DNA of 64,000 nucleotides, taken from contig CM022670.1 of the NCBI GenBank assembly GCA_012295275.1, positions 2,232,001 to 2,296,000 on the forward strand, given 5' to 3'. The notes beneath the pieces were generated by a model. That model ran no database searches. It was not told where the DNA came from and saw only the letters and a program-made list of their open reading frames with translations. The translations under genes were made by a program, and so were the position numbers. Below are positions 23,690-39,200 of the stretch, one piece after another (within the stretch, counting starts at the first letter, position 1; every line of letters begins with the position of its first letter). The stretch comes from Chrysomallon squamiferum (lineage: Eukaryota; Animalia; Mollusca).

Positions 23690-26300
23690 TTTTTTTCAGC
23701 AAACCTCTGTGATCTTATCCCACAACCTCTTAATTCAGTAAATCCACTATAAGCTTGTCCCTCAACCTCTTGGTTCAGTAAACCACTATAAACTTGTCCC
23801 ACAATCTCTTAATTCAGTAAACCACAATGAGCTTGTCCCTCAATCTCTTGGTTCAGTAAACCACTATAAACTTGTCTCACAATCTCTTAATTCAGTAAAT
23901 CACTATAAGCTTGTCCCTCAACCTCTTGGTTCAGTAAACCACTATAAACTTGTCTCACAAGCTTTTATTTCAGTACACCACTTGGAGCTTGTTGCACAAT
24001 TCTTAAAACAAAAAACTCTATGGGTTTATCTCACAATTTCTTAATTCAGTAAACCACTATGAGCTAGTCTCACAATTTCTTAATTCAGTAAACCACTATG
24101 AGCTTGTCTCACAATCTCTTAATTCAGTAAACCACTATGAGCTTGTCTCACAATCTCTTAATTCAGTAAACCACTATGAGCTAGTTTCACAATCTCTTAA
24201 TTCAGTAAAACACTATGAGCTTGTCTCACAATCTCTTAATTCAGTAAACCACTATGAGCTAGTCTCACAATCTCTTAATTCAGTAAAACACTATGAGCTA
24301 GTCTCACAATTTCTTAATTCAGTAAACCACTATGAGCTTGTCTCACAATCTCTTAATTCAGTAAAACACTATGAGCTTGTCTCACAATCTCTTAATTCAG
24401 TAAAACACTATGAGCTTGTCTCACAATCTCTTAATTCAGTAAACCACTATGAGCTTGTCTCACAATCTCTTAATTCAGTAAACCACTATGAGCTAGTTTC
24501 ACAATCTCTTAATTCAGTAAAACACTATGAGCTTGTCTCACAATCTCTTAATTCAGTAAACCACTATGAGCTAGTCTCACAATCTCTTAATTCAGTAAAA
24601 CACTATGAGCTAGTCTCACAATTTCTTAATTCAGTAAACCACTATGAGCTAGTTTCACAATCTCTTAATTCAGTAAAACACTATGAGCTTGTCTCACAAT
24701 CTCTTAATTCAGTAAACCACTATGAGCTTGTCTCACAATCTCTTAATTCAGTAAAACACTATGAGCTTGTCTCACAATCTCTTAATTCAGTAAAACACTA
24801 TGAGCTAGTCTCACAATTTCTTAATTCAGTAAACCACTATGAGCTTGTCTCACAATCTCTTAATTCAGTAAAACACTATGAGCTTGTCTCACAATCTCTT
24901 AATTCAGTAAAACACTATGAGCTTGTCTCACAATCTCTTAATTCAGTAAACCACTATGAGCTTGTCTCACAATCTCTTAATTCAGTAAACCACTATGAGC
25001 TAGTTTCACAATCTCTTAATTCAGTAAAACACTATGAGCTTGTCTCACAATCTCTTAATTCAGTAAACCACTATGAGCTAGTCTCACAATCTCTTAATTC
25101 AGTAAAACACTATGAGCTAGTCTCACAATTTCTTAATTCAGTAAACCACTATGAGCTAGTTTCACAATCTCTTAATTCAGTAAAACACTATGAGCTTGTC
25201 TCACAATCTCTTAATTCAGTAAACCACTATGAGCTTGTCTCACAATCTCTTAATTCAGTAAAACACTATGAGCTTGTCTCACAATCTCTTAATTCAGTAA
25301 AACACTATGAGCTTGTCTCACAATCTCTTAATTCAGTAAAACACTATGAGCTTGTCTCACAATCTCTTAATTCAGTAAAACACTATGAGCTTGTCTCACA
25401 ATCTCTTAATTCAGTAAAACACTATGAGCTTGTCTCACAATCTCTTAATTCAGTAAACCACTATGAGCTTGTCTCACAATCTCTTAATTCAGTAAAACAC
25501 TATGAGCTAGTTTCACAATCTCTTAATTCAGTAAAACACTATGAGCTTGTCTCACAATCTCTTAATTCAGTAAAACACTATGAGCTTGTCTCACAATCTC
25601 TTAATTCAGTAAACCACTATGAGCTAGTCTCACAATCTCTTAATTCAGTAAAACACTATGAGCTTGTCTCACAATCTCTTAATTCAGTAAAGCACTATGA
25701 GCTAGTCTCACAATCTCTTAATTCAGTAAACCACTATGAGCTTGTTTCACAATCTCTTAATTCAGTAAAACACTATGAGCTAGTCTCACAATCTCTTAAT
25801 TCAGTAAAACACTATGAGCTAGTCTCACAATCTCTTAATTCAGTAAAACACTATGAGCTTGTCTCACAATCTCTTAATTCAGTAAAACACTATGAGCTTG
25901 TCTCACAATCTCTTAATTCAGTAAACCACTATGAGCTAGTCTCACAATCTCTTAATTCAGTAAACCACTATGAGCTTGTCTCACAATCTCTTAATTCAGT
26001 AAAGCACTATGAGCTAGTCTCACAATCTCTTAATTCAGTAAACCACTATGAGCTTGTTTCACAATCTCTTAATTCAGTAAAACACTATGAGCTAGTCTCA
26101 CAATCTCTTAATTCAGTAAAACACTATGAGCTAGTCTCACAATCTCTTAATTCAGTAAAACACTATGAGCTTGTCTCACAATCTCTTAATTCAGTAAAAC
26201 ACTATGAGCTTGTCTCACAATCTCTTAATTCAGTAAAACACTATGAGCTTGTCTTGCAAGTGGTTAATTCAGTAAACGCTAAGAGCCTGACTTACAACCT
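23690..26300 (+). repeat. 39-bp minisatellite, consensus CACTATGAGCTTGTCTCACAATCTCTTAATTCAGTAAAM
   Basis: 56 length-perfect units at 24055-26238 with only four variable positions; about 9 diverged units upstream and 1-2 downstream. No unique spacers. Confidence 0.97.
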
Positions 26301-26831
26301 ATTAACAAAAGAAGAAATTTTTTTTATCTTGATTTAGAACTGGAAATGTCATAAATCCTTTCACATACATACATAATAAAATATTTTTAAGCTTTCTGTA
26401 CATAACATTTATAAAAACAAAATCATTTACGAGTACATATATTTGCAATGAACTTCAGATGAGTTTATCTCATCTTGGAAATACAATAAATACTCAGACA
26501 TCAAATGCTTCCTAACTAGATAAAGATATTTGTTGTAATACTGTGAAAAGTGGTCCTGGCATCATACTATGGTGTTTAGTGCCAGATAAAACTGTCTGAG
26601 CAGAATAACATAAATAACAAAACGGCTAAGTACAGTAAATCAGAAACATAACAGCAATCTTGAAATTCATGAAAATCCTTACTGATGATAGAAAGACAAT
26701 AACACCATATCTTAAAAAAAAAACTAAAAAAAAACTAAATAAATAAATAAGAGAAATGTTATTTTATTTCTTAGCATGATCATATCAATAATAATAATAA
26801 TGATAATAAAAAAAAAAAAAAAAAAAAAAAA

Positions 26832-26873
<42 letters not shown>

Positions 26874-29815
26874 TGGAAACAAAACAGAATCAAATTATTG
26901 TGGGTACATAAGTACTTCTTACTGAGTACATATGTACTTGTTCATATATATTAAACCATGGTGTCTATGTCTAGTCACACAGACTTTTAAAATGATTTGA
27001 TCTATATTCACGCCTTTTTAAAGTTATACTTAAAAGATGAAAACATACTGAAATTGATACACTGTGGAAGTTTTACAACAATTATATTACTACTACTATT
27101 ACTACTGATAATAATAATTCAACCACAGTTAAATTTGCTGCACTGTTACATGTTGAAACCTTTAATTAATTAATTAATTTGAAGATTATGATGCAAAAAT
27201 ATTGGGAGGAAAAGTTTACAAAAAAAAATGTAAACAAAATGAACAAGAAGAATATCTCCACCATACAAAACAGAAATATCTCATATTTCCTAAGCATAAA
27301 TAAAATCCATATTCTTGATTAAAACCTGTCCTCAATGCTAGTAATAGCACATTCCACAAACATATGATTGTGATAAACAAGAAGCTTTAGGCCTTTCAAG
27401 ATAATTGTGGTCACAATAACACTCTAATGATTAATACACACAAAAACACATGTCTACAATGACAAAAACCCAGATCATGTTTGTACATCATTTGTGAAAT
27501 ATTTGAGGCACAGAAGGTGTTATTGATCTGTTTATTTGGCAAATATTAACCTTCTGTCTCCATTTCTCACTGAGAAACTCTATCTTCTTATATTTTGCCA
27601 GCCATTTTGTTCATTCAGGTAAAGGGATAGCTTCAGAAACTAAAAGGAAAATGTCGATTTCTTTTTATATTTATCCATATGTTCAATTATTTCAAATAAC
27701 ATATGGTTTACCAAAAGTCACTTTAAAAAAAATAAAAAAAATAAATACTTAGTCAATATATTTATTGTCTTTTTATTTTTATAACTAAATTTTCGTGAAA
27801 GGAAAACTTGTTTAAAAAGTGTCTAAATCATCATTCCTTTACTGACATTTTCAACTGCTATTCATTTTGATTCTGGATTTATGCTGAAAAACAAAATACA
27901 CTGTCTGTCCATTGTGATAATTTGCCAGATGATCACCACAGAAAAACAGATAAAAAACCCAAAAATCGTCTTGTTGGCTGACTGTGTAAATCCATTTGAG
28001 TAAATCAAAGAAAGTATGACATTTACAGAGACATGGATGACAGACTAATAGAAAGGGAAGTGAAACAGAACAAGATAAAAGGATTGAAATGGAGAACATT
28101 TCAGGATAGGAAGAGAAAGGGGTGGGCAGTAAAAATAAATTTTAAAAACTGAGGAGGTGGGAACACAGACAACGATGAATTATCACTGTTTTGTTTTGCT
28201 ATAAACTAAAATGGGTTATGATTTCAGATTGTATTTGTCTTTTTTCAGAAATAAACTGAATGTTTAATATCAAAGCTGGATGATGATTCATGGAACTTAG
28301 AGGTATTCAAAATAATAAATTTTTGGGGCATCTGAATTACACAGCTGTGACACAATCTTTTGAATCTTACTTGGCTGAACATTTGTCAAAGCAAAAATGT
28401 AACAGATGACATGTCAAACCACTCAGACCAGCTGACCCCATTTTCAATCACTGACAGTGGATTCTTTTATCTTCTTACCCCCACACACTTACCAACACAT
28501 TAGCCATGTCTTGGCTCTGTTGTTCTTGGCATCTGTAACCAATGACAACTTGGAAGGCAAACTACACTGTCATAAAATCAATTAAGTACACAGATGTACC
28601 AAGTTTTGGTAAAACATGACGCGACTTGTTAAACTGATTTTTAATACATCTTTGGCCAAACGAGTAAGATTTTGGAATCAAGCTGCTTATGGTAAAATCC
28701 TATTTGTCACAAGTCAGACAGCTCAATACAAGCATTCAGATGTCAGGAAACAGTTGTCAGGTGAAGCTACAAATGAGTCAAGATGTCTTCACATCATCAA
28801 AGCAGTTTGGTAAAACAATTAGGACCAGTTAAAATGATACAGAAAGATAAAGTTATTTGAAGTTTCGGAAGCAGACTATAGTCATGTGTTGTTGGGTTTT
28901 TGTTTTATGTAAAACATTTAAAAGTTAACTTAGGAATTCAGAAAAGGAATGGACAGTATCAGAATGGTAGATGTAACTTCTAAAATGAAATGAATTTTAT
29001 TACAAAAGAAAATAATATTACACAAAAGGGAAAAGGTAGGATATTTTCCTCTCTATATCAAATTAACAGGCTCACGTGCATTAACAAGAAGCTGCAATTT
29101 TTTTCAATCATATAAGCCAATTTTGGCTGAAAATACTAAATCAGTGTATTAAAGGCATTCCCATGATAGCAGTTAAGAAGACCCAGAAGATTCTGTCACT
29201 GAAACCATGTTAAACACAAAGAAAACTAACAAGATCAAATAATGTGGATGTCTGACATAACACACATCATTCAAAAATGTTTGTCTTATTTTTCTTTAAC
29301 CTAAATTGTAAATAAACTAATACCATTGCCAGAAACCCCTCAACAAAAAGAAGTTGAAACAAAGAATGTTTTTTTTTTTCATTAATTTAGATGAAAATAA
29401 GATGATCAGCTGAAATCACTCTATTTGTTTATCAGTTTTTGTCAAAAGAAGTCATTTCACCCTAGAGGCTATAAAATATAAAACAGTTTGGATAATGTAA
29501 TTATATTATTCAGAACAGTCTACATGAAATGGGAATAAAAGCAATAACATTACAGGTCAATAGTATTTTATTTTGGTTGAAGCACGTCCCAAGTAGATCT
29601 GGTTTTAAAGTTTAGCTACTATTTTATGTTTATATCAAGTATTTGTGATTGTTATTTTTTATATTGCTTAATATGTTAAATATCATTATAATAAAAGTAC
29701 TTTTTTGTCTTTTTCTTAAACATAAATATTTTGTTTTGATCTTTTTCTTTCTTGCACATGTGCGGCTTAATGCATACACAGAAGCAAACTCACACCCACA
29801 CACAGACACATGGAT

Positions 29816-30054
<239 letters not shown>

Positions 30055-33000
30055 CTAAACACCTAAACATATAATGATAAACACATACACATCTATATCT
30101 CTCTCTCTCTCTCACATTTGTACTTTATACATGTGTGGACATGCATAATTTTTAACACATCCCCACCAGAGATTCTGTTCAAACATACTTATTATGGGCG
30201 ACATCTCTGACTTCCTCTCAGAGTTATGCACAAGTGAGATAACTAAATTATGGCTGTCTACCCTTTAATAAAATATCCACTTTCCATATCTTCAGTCAGG
30301 TTTATTCATTTTGAGCTTTTTACATTTTTAGCCTGTGGAAGTTTCTCAGACTAATGACCATTACAGTGATAGTCGAATCTGCCCAATGTCTAACAGATCG
30401 TCACTGATTCCAACATCTAGAAAATTGATTCACATTATATACCAGCCAAAGTACTTATAAAAATTGGTCTTCCATGAAAGCTGGGTAGTAATGAATCAAA
30501 TTAACGAGACTGACCATTACCCAAGGCCAAATCTTGATATTAGCTCACAATTTACAACCATACAAGTTTGATATGTATTAAGTCTCTTGAGAAGTCATCA
30601 GATGATACAATAAAATGAAGTCTGATACATTTAGTTAGATGTTAAAGCTTCTATAAACAGAAATCAATGACTGAAATCTATACCCAAACATAGATATAGT
30701 TGTATCTATCTGTCTGTAATCATAAACACATGCAAACACACCTAGCTAGACAGACTGACGTACAGGCATATAAGCAATACTTCTATGAAAAATGTATACC
30801 ACAGAAATAAAATTGAACTAGTCTGCACATACTGTCTAAAAGAGATTCTGATTCAGGCTGTTTTGTTCTAATGTATCTGACTCTTGCTCACTCTACCTTT
30901 CTTTCTCTTAACACCCATACAAGAGCTTCACAAACAGCCTCACTTACTCACCCCTCTGTCTCTCTCTCTTTCTCTCAAACACAAACCAAAAACCCCCAAA
31001 GACTAAAGGCTTAAAATACAGGAGAAAGTATCCATGACTTCCCAATCTTTGCTGTCTTCATCGGCATAATATTTGATGGTACTCAAACTTCCTTAAGATT
31101 AACAGTGGATCAAACAGATAACTCTGCCTACATGTTGCTCGTCATGTTATCAAAGGCATTAAGTTGTTCAGGATGTGAAACATGCTAATTGTAAAGTATG
31201 CATCAGTTCATTATTGTAAGTGACAAATTTAAGAGAGACATCAGTGACTAATGGAAAGGATATTAGCGAGACCAGACCTGTTATCTTCAAATTTCCCTAT
31301 CATTAAAAACCTTGGATTCTTTGGCTAGAGTACATTAGTACATACTAACACTGTAAGTTTCGGCATGGTTAAGCAAGGCAATAATTAATTCAATTGTCTA
31401 AATATTCCTGTGTGCCCAAAGACTTTTTTGTTGCCTCCAGGAGATAAAAAAAATATTCACTACTTATGGTTTGAGGAAAAAACAAACATTCATTATATAT
31501 AACCTTGAGAAGAATTTATTTGCACGAGTTTTTTATTTTTATTTTTTTATTTTTTGTTTTTAAGGATATTTGTTTGAGGCCCTTGGGAAAGAAAAAAAAA
31601 AAAATCCAAGAAATCAGTTACGACAGTGAATGCACAACCAAGCTTGTGACTACAAACAATAGATATTTAAAAAAAAATAAAAAATTAATAAATAAATACT
31701 ATTTTTTAATAATTATTATTATTTATTTTTTTTACATTATTTATTTATTTATTTAATTGTTTTTATTAAAAAAAAAATTTATTGACAGGACTTAAAGCTA
31801 ATAGTTTTCTTTTCATGACAATATAATTTAATGGTTGTGAATCTTGTAAAATGCTTTATCAATTATTCAACTAAGCCCAATTAGAGAAATCTGAATGACT
31901 TCCATTATAACTGATCTTTAGTGTCAGTTTACTTTGAGTAGCACCAAACACCTTTCAAGCAACATTTAAACACTTTGAACGTTACAAAATAGGAAATGCA
32001 GCATACAGAATAGATAATGGTTTTACAATGTAGGTCAGTGATAGAGGACTAATCTTTCAGTTATTCAAATCTTCCATGATTAATTAAGCTGTGAAAGTAC
32101 TTAAAACTTCCAAGTTACTTTGACATGGTTTCAGATTAAAAGCATTAAATTACGAATGGTTTTAGTTTTCTAGAGTTGAAGAGAGATCACAGAGTTTCTC
32201 ATTTTTCTGAAATTTAAGTCAATTTTCAATTCTCTTTTGGAATTAATGAATTGTGCATTAGTTAAAGGCTGGTTTTTTTTTTTGAGGGGGGTTTTGTCTG
32301 TTAGTTGTATTGTTTTGTTTTTGTTTTGGGGGTTGGGGGTTATTTGGGTTTTTTCTGATCAAGAATATATGTTTGAAGACTTTGAAATGTCTGCAGTTGA
32401 GAATAATACATTGTCTTCTGGCAAAAGTTTATTTTTATTTTTCTTCAAGCAAAATGATTCTTTTTTTAAACAATGAAATTAATTTTAAAATCCTATTATC
32501 TGTTTTTTCTTTAGGGTCATGGTTAAACAACAGCTTATGGAAGAGAATATTTAATATATGTTTTAACCAAACAAAATAACATTTGATTTTGGATAAAGAC
32601 ACTAGATAATCAACTTGATAAATTAATCCCAAACCAAATAAAGTTTATTTAATGGGAAAAAATAAAATAAATAAATAAATAAATAGTAATAATATTAGTT
32701 CATGGATAATTATCAAGTTTATTTTCTCAATCAGTACAATATAACCCAATTAAAATGTGGATGTGTTCACTAGAAACAAAATATTTCAAAGACAAATAAT
32801 TAGTTACTAAGTTTACACTGTGGACTTTAGAACCATTGTTGTACTGAGTACTGTAAAATAAAATACAGTTTTCCTCCTGGATCTGTACAATTACTGAGTC
32901 AACTTAAGCATCTTGAGCTGTAAGTGTTTCATCACTGTTGCATGATGTTTCAACTTTATTTTGTTTTCTTTTAATCTTTGATTTAGTTAAAAGGTTTAAC

Positions 33001-33138
33001 AGTTCAGAAGAATTCAAATGTCTTACAGTCTTCTGGGGAGAAAAAGTACATTTTATTTTGTAACAGCACTGAGATAGTATGTTTTGTTCTAACCTAACAA
33101 TCTCTATTTATTTAGGTTTTGTTTAAATTTTTGTCTTG

Positions 33139-33277
33139 AAATCTGTCTTATGAGTGAATGTTTGTGTCAACAGAATTATCCTATACACATCTTATTAATG
33201 ATAGTAATATTAAAATCTGTGTTTATGAGTAAATGTTTATGTCAATAGGATTATCCTGTAGGCAGTTTATTAATGAC
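33139..33277. repeat. Degenerate two-copy ~65-bp direct repeat
   Basis: aaatctgt..ttatgagt.aatgttt.tgtcaa.ag.attatcct.ta..ca...tattaatga at ~33139 and ~33213. Confidence 0.75.
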
Positions 33278-36200
33278 ATTAATAATTAATAATACAGAAA
33301 CTAATTAAATTACACCAATAGATTTCTGCTACAGGCAGTTTCTAGTCGGATGAATAATAAAATGAGATAATAAAACTGTCAAATATTTTGATGTCAATAT
33401 GACAGATTATGAGCATTAATAAACAAATAAAATAGGTGACAGTTTGTGTTCTGGTTAGTAATCTCAAGGTTTATAAATGTTTATTTTATAATAATTTATT
33501 TATTAAAATATATTTTTTAAATGACACTGAAAGGATAAAAACTCAAAGCCTTAAAACACAAAATAACATTTTAATGTTAAAAAAGAATAATACCAAAAGA
33601 AAATGAAAATGAAAACTGTAATGGAATAAGATATATTGTTAAAAAAAATAATAGTAAAACTTGATAAACAGAAATTATGAAAATATTAATTTAAAAAATA
33701 ATAATAATAAAACAAAAATGGAAATGAAAAGGATATGATAAAAGTCTGGGATAGATTGCTGATAATATAAAACATGATCAAATTAATATTTTGATTTCTA
33801 AAATTTATAAAAATTAAAAAAACAACTGATATTGGTTTAAGATATACTCTTTACATATAAAAACATAATAAAAGTAACATTTTACTTTTAAAAATTAATA
33901 ATAATTAAGAAAATGGGAAATATAAAGAATATCATAATGGTCTGGGATATGAAGAGAATAAGAACACAAAACACAGATTGCATTAGTGGTCTGCTATTTG
34001 CCCTTTGTTCCCACTTCCCACTGCGGGTGCTAAAGCAAAGCACAAAGGATCGATCTAGTCAAAGTAATTTTGTCTAATTAATCAAGTACTACAGCAAGAG
34101 AAAATTCCAACAACAAATTGTAATTCAAAGAAATATTTCTCTCCTACATCATGGTAATGACGTGTCTCTCATAGCACATGCATTCAAAACGCAGTAACTC
34201 TGCATCTACGAGAAATGTAGGAGTTTAAGATGTCCAAACACAATTATTAGTTTGGAAACGAAGGCCAGAAACACATTACCATCAAGCATGGGCAATGTTA
34301 ATTTGCAAGACGTGGTTTAGGTGACTATTAAGCCCTTTGAGACAGCAAGGTAATACCAAGCTTTCATATTCAGAAGCCCACTCATTTGTCATTTGCACAG
34401 AGAAAAGTTCATGGCTTGTTTAAATTGCACATTATGTTGTGATCTACACGGCAACTCTTAACCTTGCACGTTTAATGGCAACTCAGGCAGATATTTATGC
34501 ATTCTGCTACTGAAATGAATGTGCTGCTATTATCCTCAGTTTCATGGTGCAGTTGACATTAATGCAGTAACTAATCTACTCTTTTATTATTTTTGTTCTC
34601 ACAACAGAAACAGGACAGATTTGAAAGAATTATCTCTAACAACTAAAATCATAAACAAATTTGTAAATTTCATTCATATTTAGATATCGTGTTTCCATGT
34701 TTTAGAAAACTGATCTGAAATCCATTGACTTTTTTATGTGGAATATTGTACAAATACTAAATTCCTAATTTTTAAATTTTTATTATACTTAAAAACAACA
34801 ACAACCTATTAATTTTAATAATAATAAAATAATGATAATAATAATAAAAAGGAGAAGAAGAAGTAATATTTATCAGGACTTATTAACAGAAATCAGACTG
34901 AGAAATTAGAAACCATTAAAGGATATCTTTAAAAAAAAATGCTTTGAAAACAAAGAATAGCAGAATTAGTAAAAACTTAATTAACATACACTTTATATTT
35001 TCTGGTTTATAACTGGATTAATAATGTTGAGGTTAAATATAATGCCCAATTCAGATGGATTAACACTTAAACAATTGGTGGGTATAAAAATATCTTAGCT
35101 TGTAGACATATTGAATACCATATCATATTCTTGATTCCAAGCAGCAACATATCCACACACAAAAAACACACCAAAACCCCATGTATTTAACTATCATTCA
35201 TTTTATAAAAAGAAAACAAACAAAATAATTATTATATTATAAAAATAATATTCCTGACATGTGTCCACCTATTGCATTGCAAGAAGAACAGTAACAATAA
35301 ATAAACAAATATGAAATATGAAAGTATTCCCCTCAGACCTTGAAATGAGAAAAGTTTTATTAGAATTTCAAACAATAAATGGTTTGTGTCAAACCACAGA
35401 GATGGACAATTAATCCTGGTCAGGTACTGACAATAAAACTGGGATTTGCTACAGAAAGTTTCACGACCCGACAATCTACATATATAAATGAGTTTTACAC
35501 CAGTAATTGTTCAAGAAACATAACAGGGTCATTTGTTCAAATACTGTTAGCCATATTAAATAAATCTGAATTACTTCCACATGAGTGAAAGCAAATTATC
35601 AAAGTCCTTAAATTTTCTTCTTTTTTTTTCTTCTTTCTTTCTTTGTTCTTTTAAAAAGAAATCTTATAAATAAATAAATAAATAAAAATATTTAAATGCC
35701 CACTTCATTTTTTTGACAAGTAGCATGTAATTTATTTTATATGAATATTCCTGTAAGAAAAGGACATACCTATAATTATTGAAAAAAAATGTATGAGGCT
35801 TTTGGTGAAATTGCAAATAGCCCTCAATTTACAGAGATTAATGACCTTACAAGCATTCATGCTTCAAAACACCAAAATACATCTCATTCCTTTAATGTTG
35901 CATTTTAGTTATTTATGCTTCACCAACCTTGAAACAGGATCATTTCATAACCATAAAAAGTGCATTTAGCATATTTTTACATTAGTATTTTCCTTTGGAA
36001 TTATGAGAGATTAAAAATGTTTTGCAAAAAGAAAAAAATAACTGTTTCCAAGTCATACATAAACAGCAATAATAATTTTAGCATTGTTACTTTTTGATTA
36101 TAATGATTATTAAGGTTATGTTTTTAAACTAAAACTATGTTTGGCATTACTTAAATAAGAAATAGGCTAAAACATATATCTTCTCTATATAAAAGATAAC

Positions 36201-39200
36201 ACAATTCTCTCTCTCTCACTGTTTTTATTTTTTAAATTATGTCTCTTTGATTTAGTTTCAGTTTTCATGTTAGTTAACCAAGATGAAAAACTTGTAACTT
36301 ACACTTTTCTTGTTAAAGTCATTTAAATGAAGACTGACAGTATCTAAAATTTCTGTCACAATTTGATAATCATTGTGGAAAATGTAAAATTAAACTTGAC
36401 AGCAAATCCATTTTATTTTTTTTTAAAAGACAGTCATTTTTGTCAATAACTATAATTTGCATCTTCATTTTACAAGATGCTAAAATCAGTCAACTAGGTC
36501 AGTGAAGATGGATGTATTACCACCAACAATGTCTGATATCTTTCTTTTTTTTATCTTTTTTTTATAAAAGAAGATATTGGTAATGAACAGTTTTAACAAG
36601 ATGAAATCTGATGGGTGAAAAAAAAGTAAGAGCAAATAAATAAGCAGAATTCATTAGTTTTTTTTAAGTTAAATAACAAAACATCTAAAACACAAGGTTA
36701 TTTATTTATATTTTTTTGCCTTATCAGAAGGAAATAACTGGTTTTAGAGATAGCACACAGACAATTCAAGGGAAATTGAAGAGTTAACTTTATTCCAAAG
36801 GATATTTGAAAATAAATGAAAGGTTATTTGTTAAATGACATATAAGCAATGAACCAGTGAATACAGCAATACTTTGGTGACAGCTACAGACAGTGGAAAG
36901 TTAAATGCTTTGTATAAAATCTGGACCACTATATTCCCCATTTACTGAATCGAGAAGAAACCTGCAGCTCAATATGCACCACAATGATGTAACAGTGTTA
37001 GAGGTTCTGAGGTATTAACATTTCCCACTATCAAACTGCCAATTTCAAATCTACAGTTTAGCAGAATGAACACAAATAGATCCAATGAGCCTGGTTAGTA
37101 AAATCCTGTGGACAGGAAATAAACTAGAAGCCACACAAAAAAAAAAAAAAAAAAAAAAAAATCTACATCGAAAGAAGTCAATCTATTGATCTATTTGAAC
37201 AGAAGTACACAGAAAAAGGAATGTTCATTCTTTTCATATTGTATACAACATTTAGATCTATAACATATCTAACAGATACTTTTTCTATACACATTCATAG
37301 TAAAAATATATCTGAAGATTAGGTGACTAAATATATTTTCTATGAATCATCAAAAAAGGTAAATCTGTTAACACTTTAATACAGCTGGAACGGTTAAAGA
37401 GAAAAAAGATTATTCTGAATTACTTTCATCTTTTAATTTCATCTGTATAGCAAATTATATAAAATTAACAAAATATTTTTTCAATTGTTTCATTTATACT
37501 AATCTGTGCTAATAATAAAGTATGACAAATTTAAGAGATCAAAGAATCTGTTACTTTCTATTCTTGATTTTATATTTTGTGTATGATGTTATTTTATATA
37601 TAAAACTGACAACTGCAAAATGAGGTTGACACAAGGTTAAACACAACTAGGAAAACATTACTGTTCTCTGTCATTCTATAATTCATTCAGATTATCTTAG
37701 GTAGACTTGTGATTATATGTATGATAATGTACTGTCATTGTTAGTCAATATAATCTAGACAAAACACCAACTGTAACAGATTAGAGTCTAAGATTTATAG
37801 CCATGGGAACATATCTTAAATTCTTATAATAAAATGTTTACAAGATACACATCACAGAAGCACATTCAGTGGAAAGGACTTTAGCTTATATGTGCACACT
37901 GAATTTTAAACTAAACACGACGAAAAGGAAGGAAGAAAGAAAATGACGAATTAATTTAATTGCTTGACTTCCCTTGGAAAACTTTAATAACTTGCCAAAT
38001 TCTGTAACCTCTTTATTGCAAAGCAATTTATCTTCACTTGGTTCTGGTTGGAAATGGATCTGTTGTGAAGAGGATAGTATATTGAAAACAGGATTTAATA
38101 GATATAATTTTAGACAAATGACAGACTGCACTCCATGTGAGCATGTCTTCTTTGTAATTGTCTGCATGAAGCACAATAGGTATTTTCATTTTCCACACAA
38201 CTAGAGAAGAGCTAAAACCCTCATTATCACAGCTATATACTGTTGCTAGGTAACCTCTAGAGAGACCCAAATTAGTTTTCAAGTGTGTATGACTCTTCCA
38301 GATGAAAGTGAAAATGTGCAGCCACATATAATTATGCACACACATTTCTTTACCATTAAGCTTCATTTCTAGTCTTCATAAAACAGTGTATATTTGTGAG
38401 TTTTTTCATTTATTAACAATATTTGCATCTTCTTAAAGTCGCATAAATAATGAATAAACAATGAACATCAACAACAGCAACAATAATAAGAAGAAGAAGA
38501 AGAAAATGGAATATGTTTTTACATATATATTTTTTTCTGTTTTCTATTATAATATTACAGGTTCTTAAAAAAACAAATCATAATAACAATAATAAAAATG
38601 TGAGAAAAATAAAGGGAAAATAAAGAGATACTCAAAAAGTTAAATCAAGTGCCTAAGGACATGGCAAAGATTATCTACTCTTAGACATTTTTTTTTTCCC
38701 CTCTCATTGATTATAAATTCTTCTGACACAGATTGAATTTACCTTTGTTCATTTTAGCACCATAGTGACATTTTCATGACAATCTAATAATTAGGTTCTA
38801 CAATTCTGATTTCTGCAGAAAACACTTAGAATCATCTAACAGGTAATTTTTTTTTTTTTTTTTTAAATCTTTTTCACCCTTCTTTCTTTCTTAAATCTTG
38901 TCATCTCGTAATATATTCCATTACAAGAAAAGATCAATATTTCTGCACTTGCAGGTAATGCTGCATAAAGTGTAGTCTGATTAACTAAATCAAATCTTAT
39001 TTTTTTCTTAGAATGAACTATAATTTGACACTAATACAATAAATGTCAGTATTAATGTAGCCATTTTGTGAAAGGTTGCTCTTGTTTTCATGATAATGTA
39101 GGTATTTACAGGCAGCCAATTATCTTGCGTAATATTATAAACGACAATATTCTCCATTCTGTGGAGATAAAACATAATTGATTCCATCCTGATTTTAGTC

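Noticed and set aside
23690-26300. CRISPR array
   Set aside because: Units are contiguous with no unique spacers, there are no cas genes and the context is eukaryotic; it is a tandem minisatellite.
26903-26938. Short inverted repeat GTACATAAGTACT/AGTACATATGTAC
   Set aside because: 13-bp AT-rich stem with a mismatch; no TSD or other support.
35165-35190. Possible missing RARS1 exon (minus strand reads WGFGVFF)
   Set aside because: Only GFGV matches; it is not followed by VLGED or a donor site.
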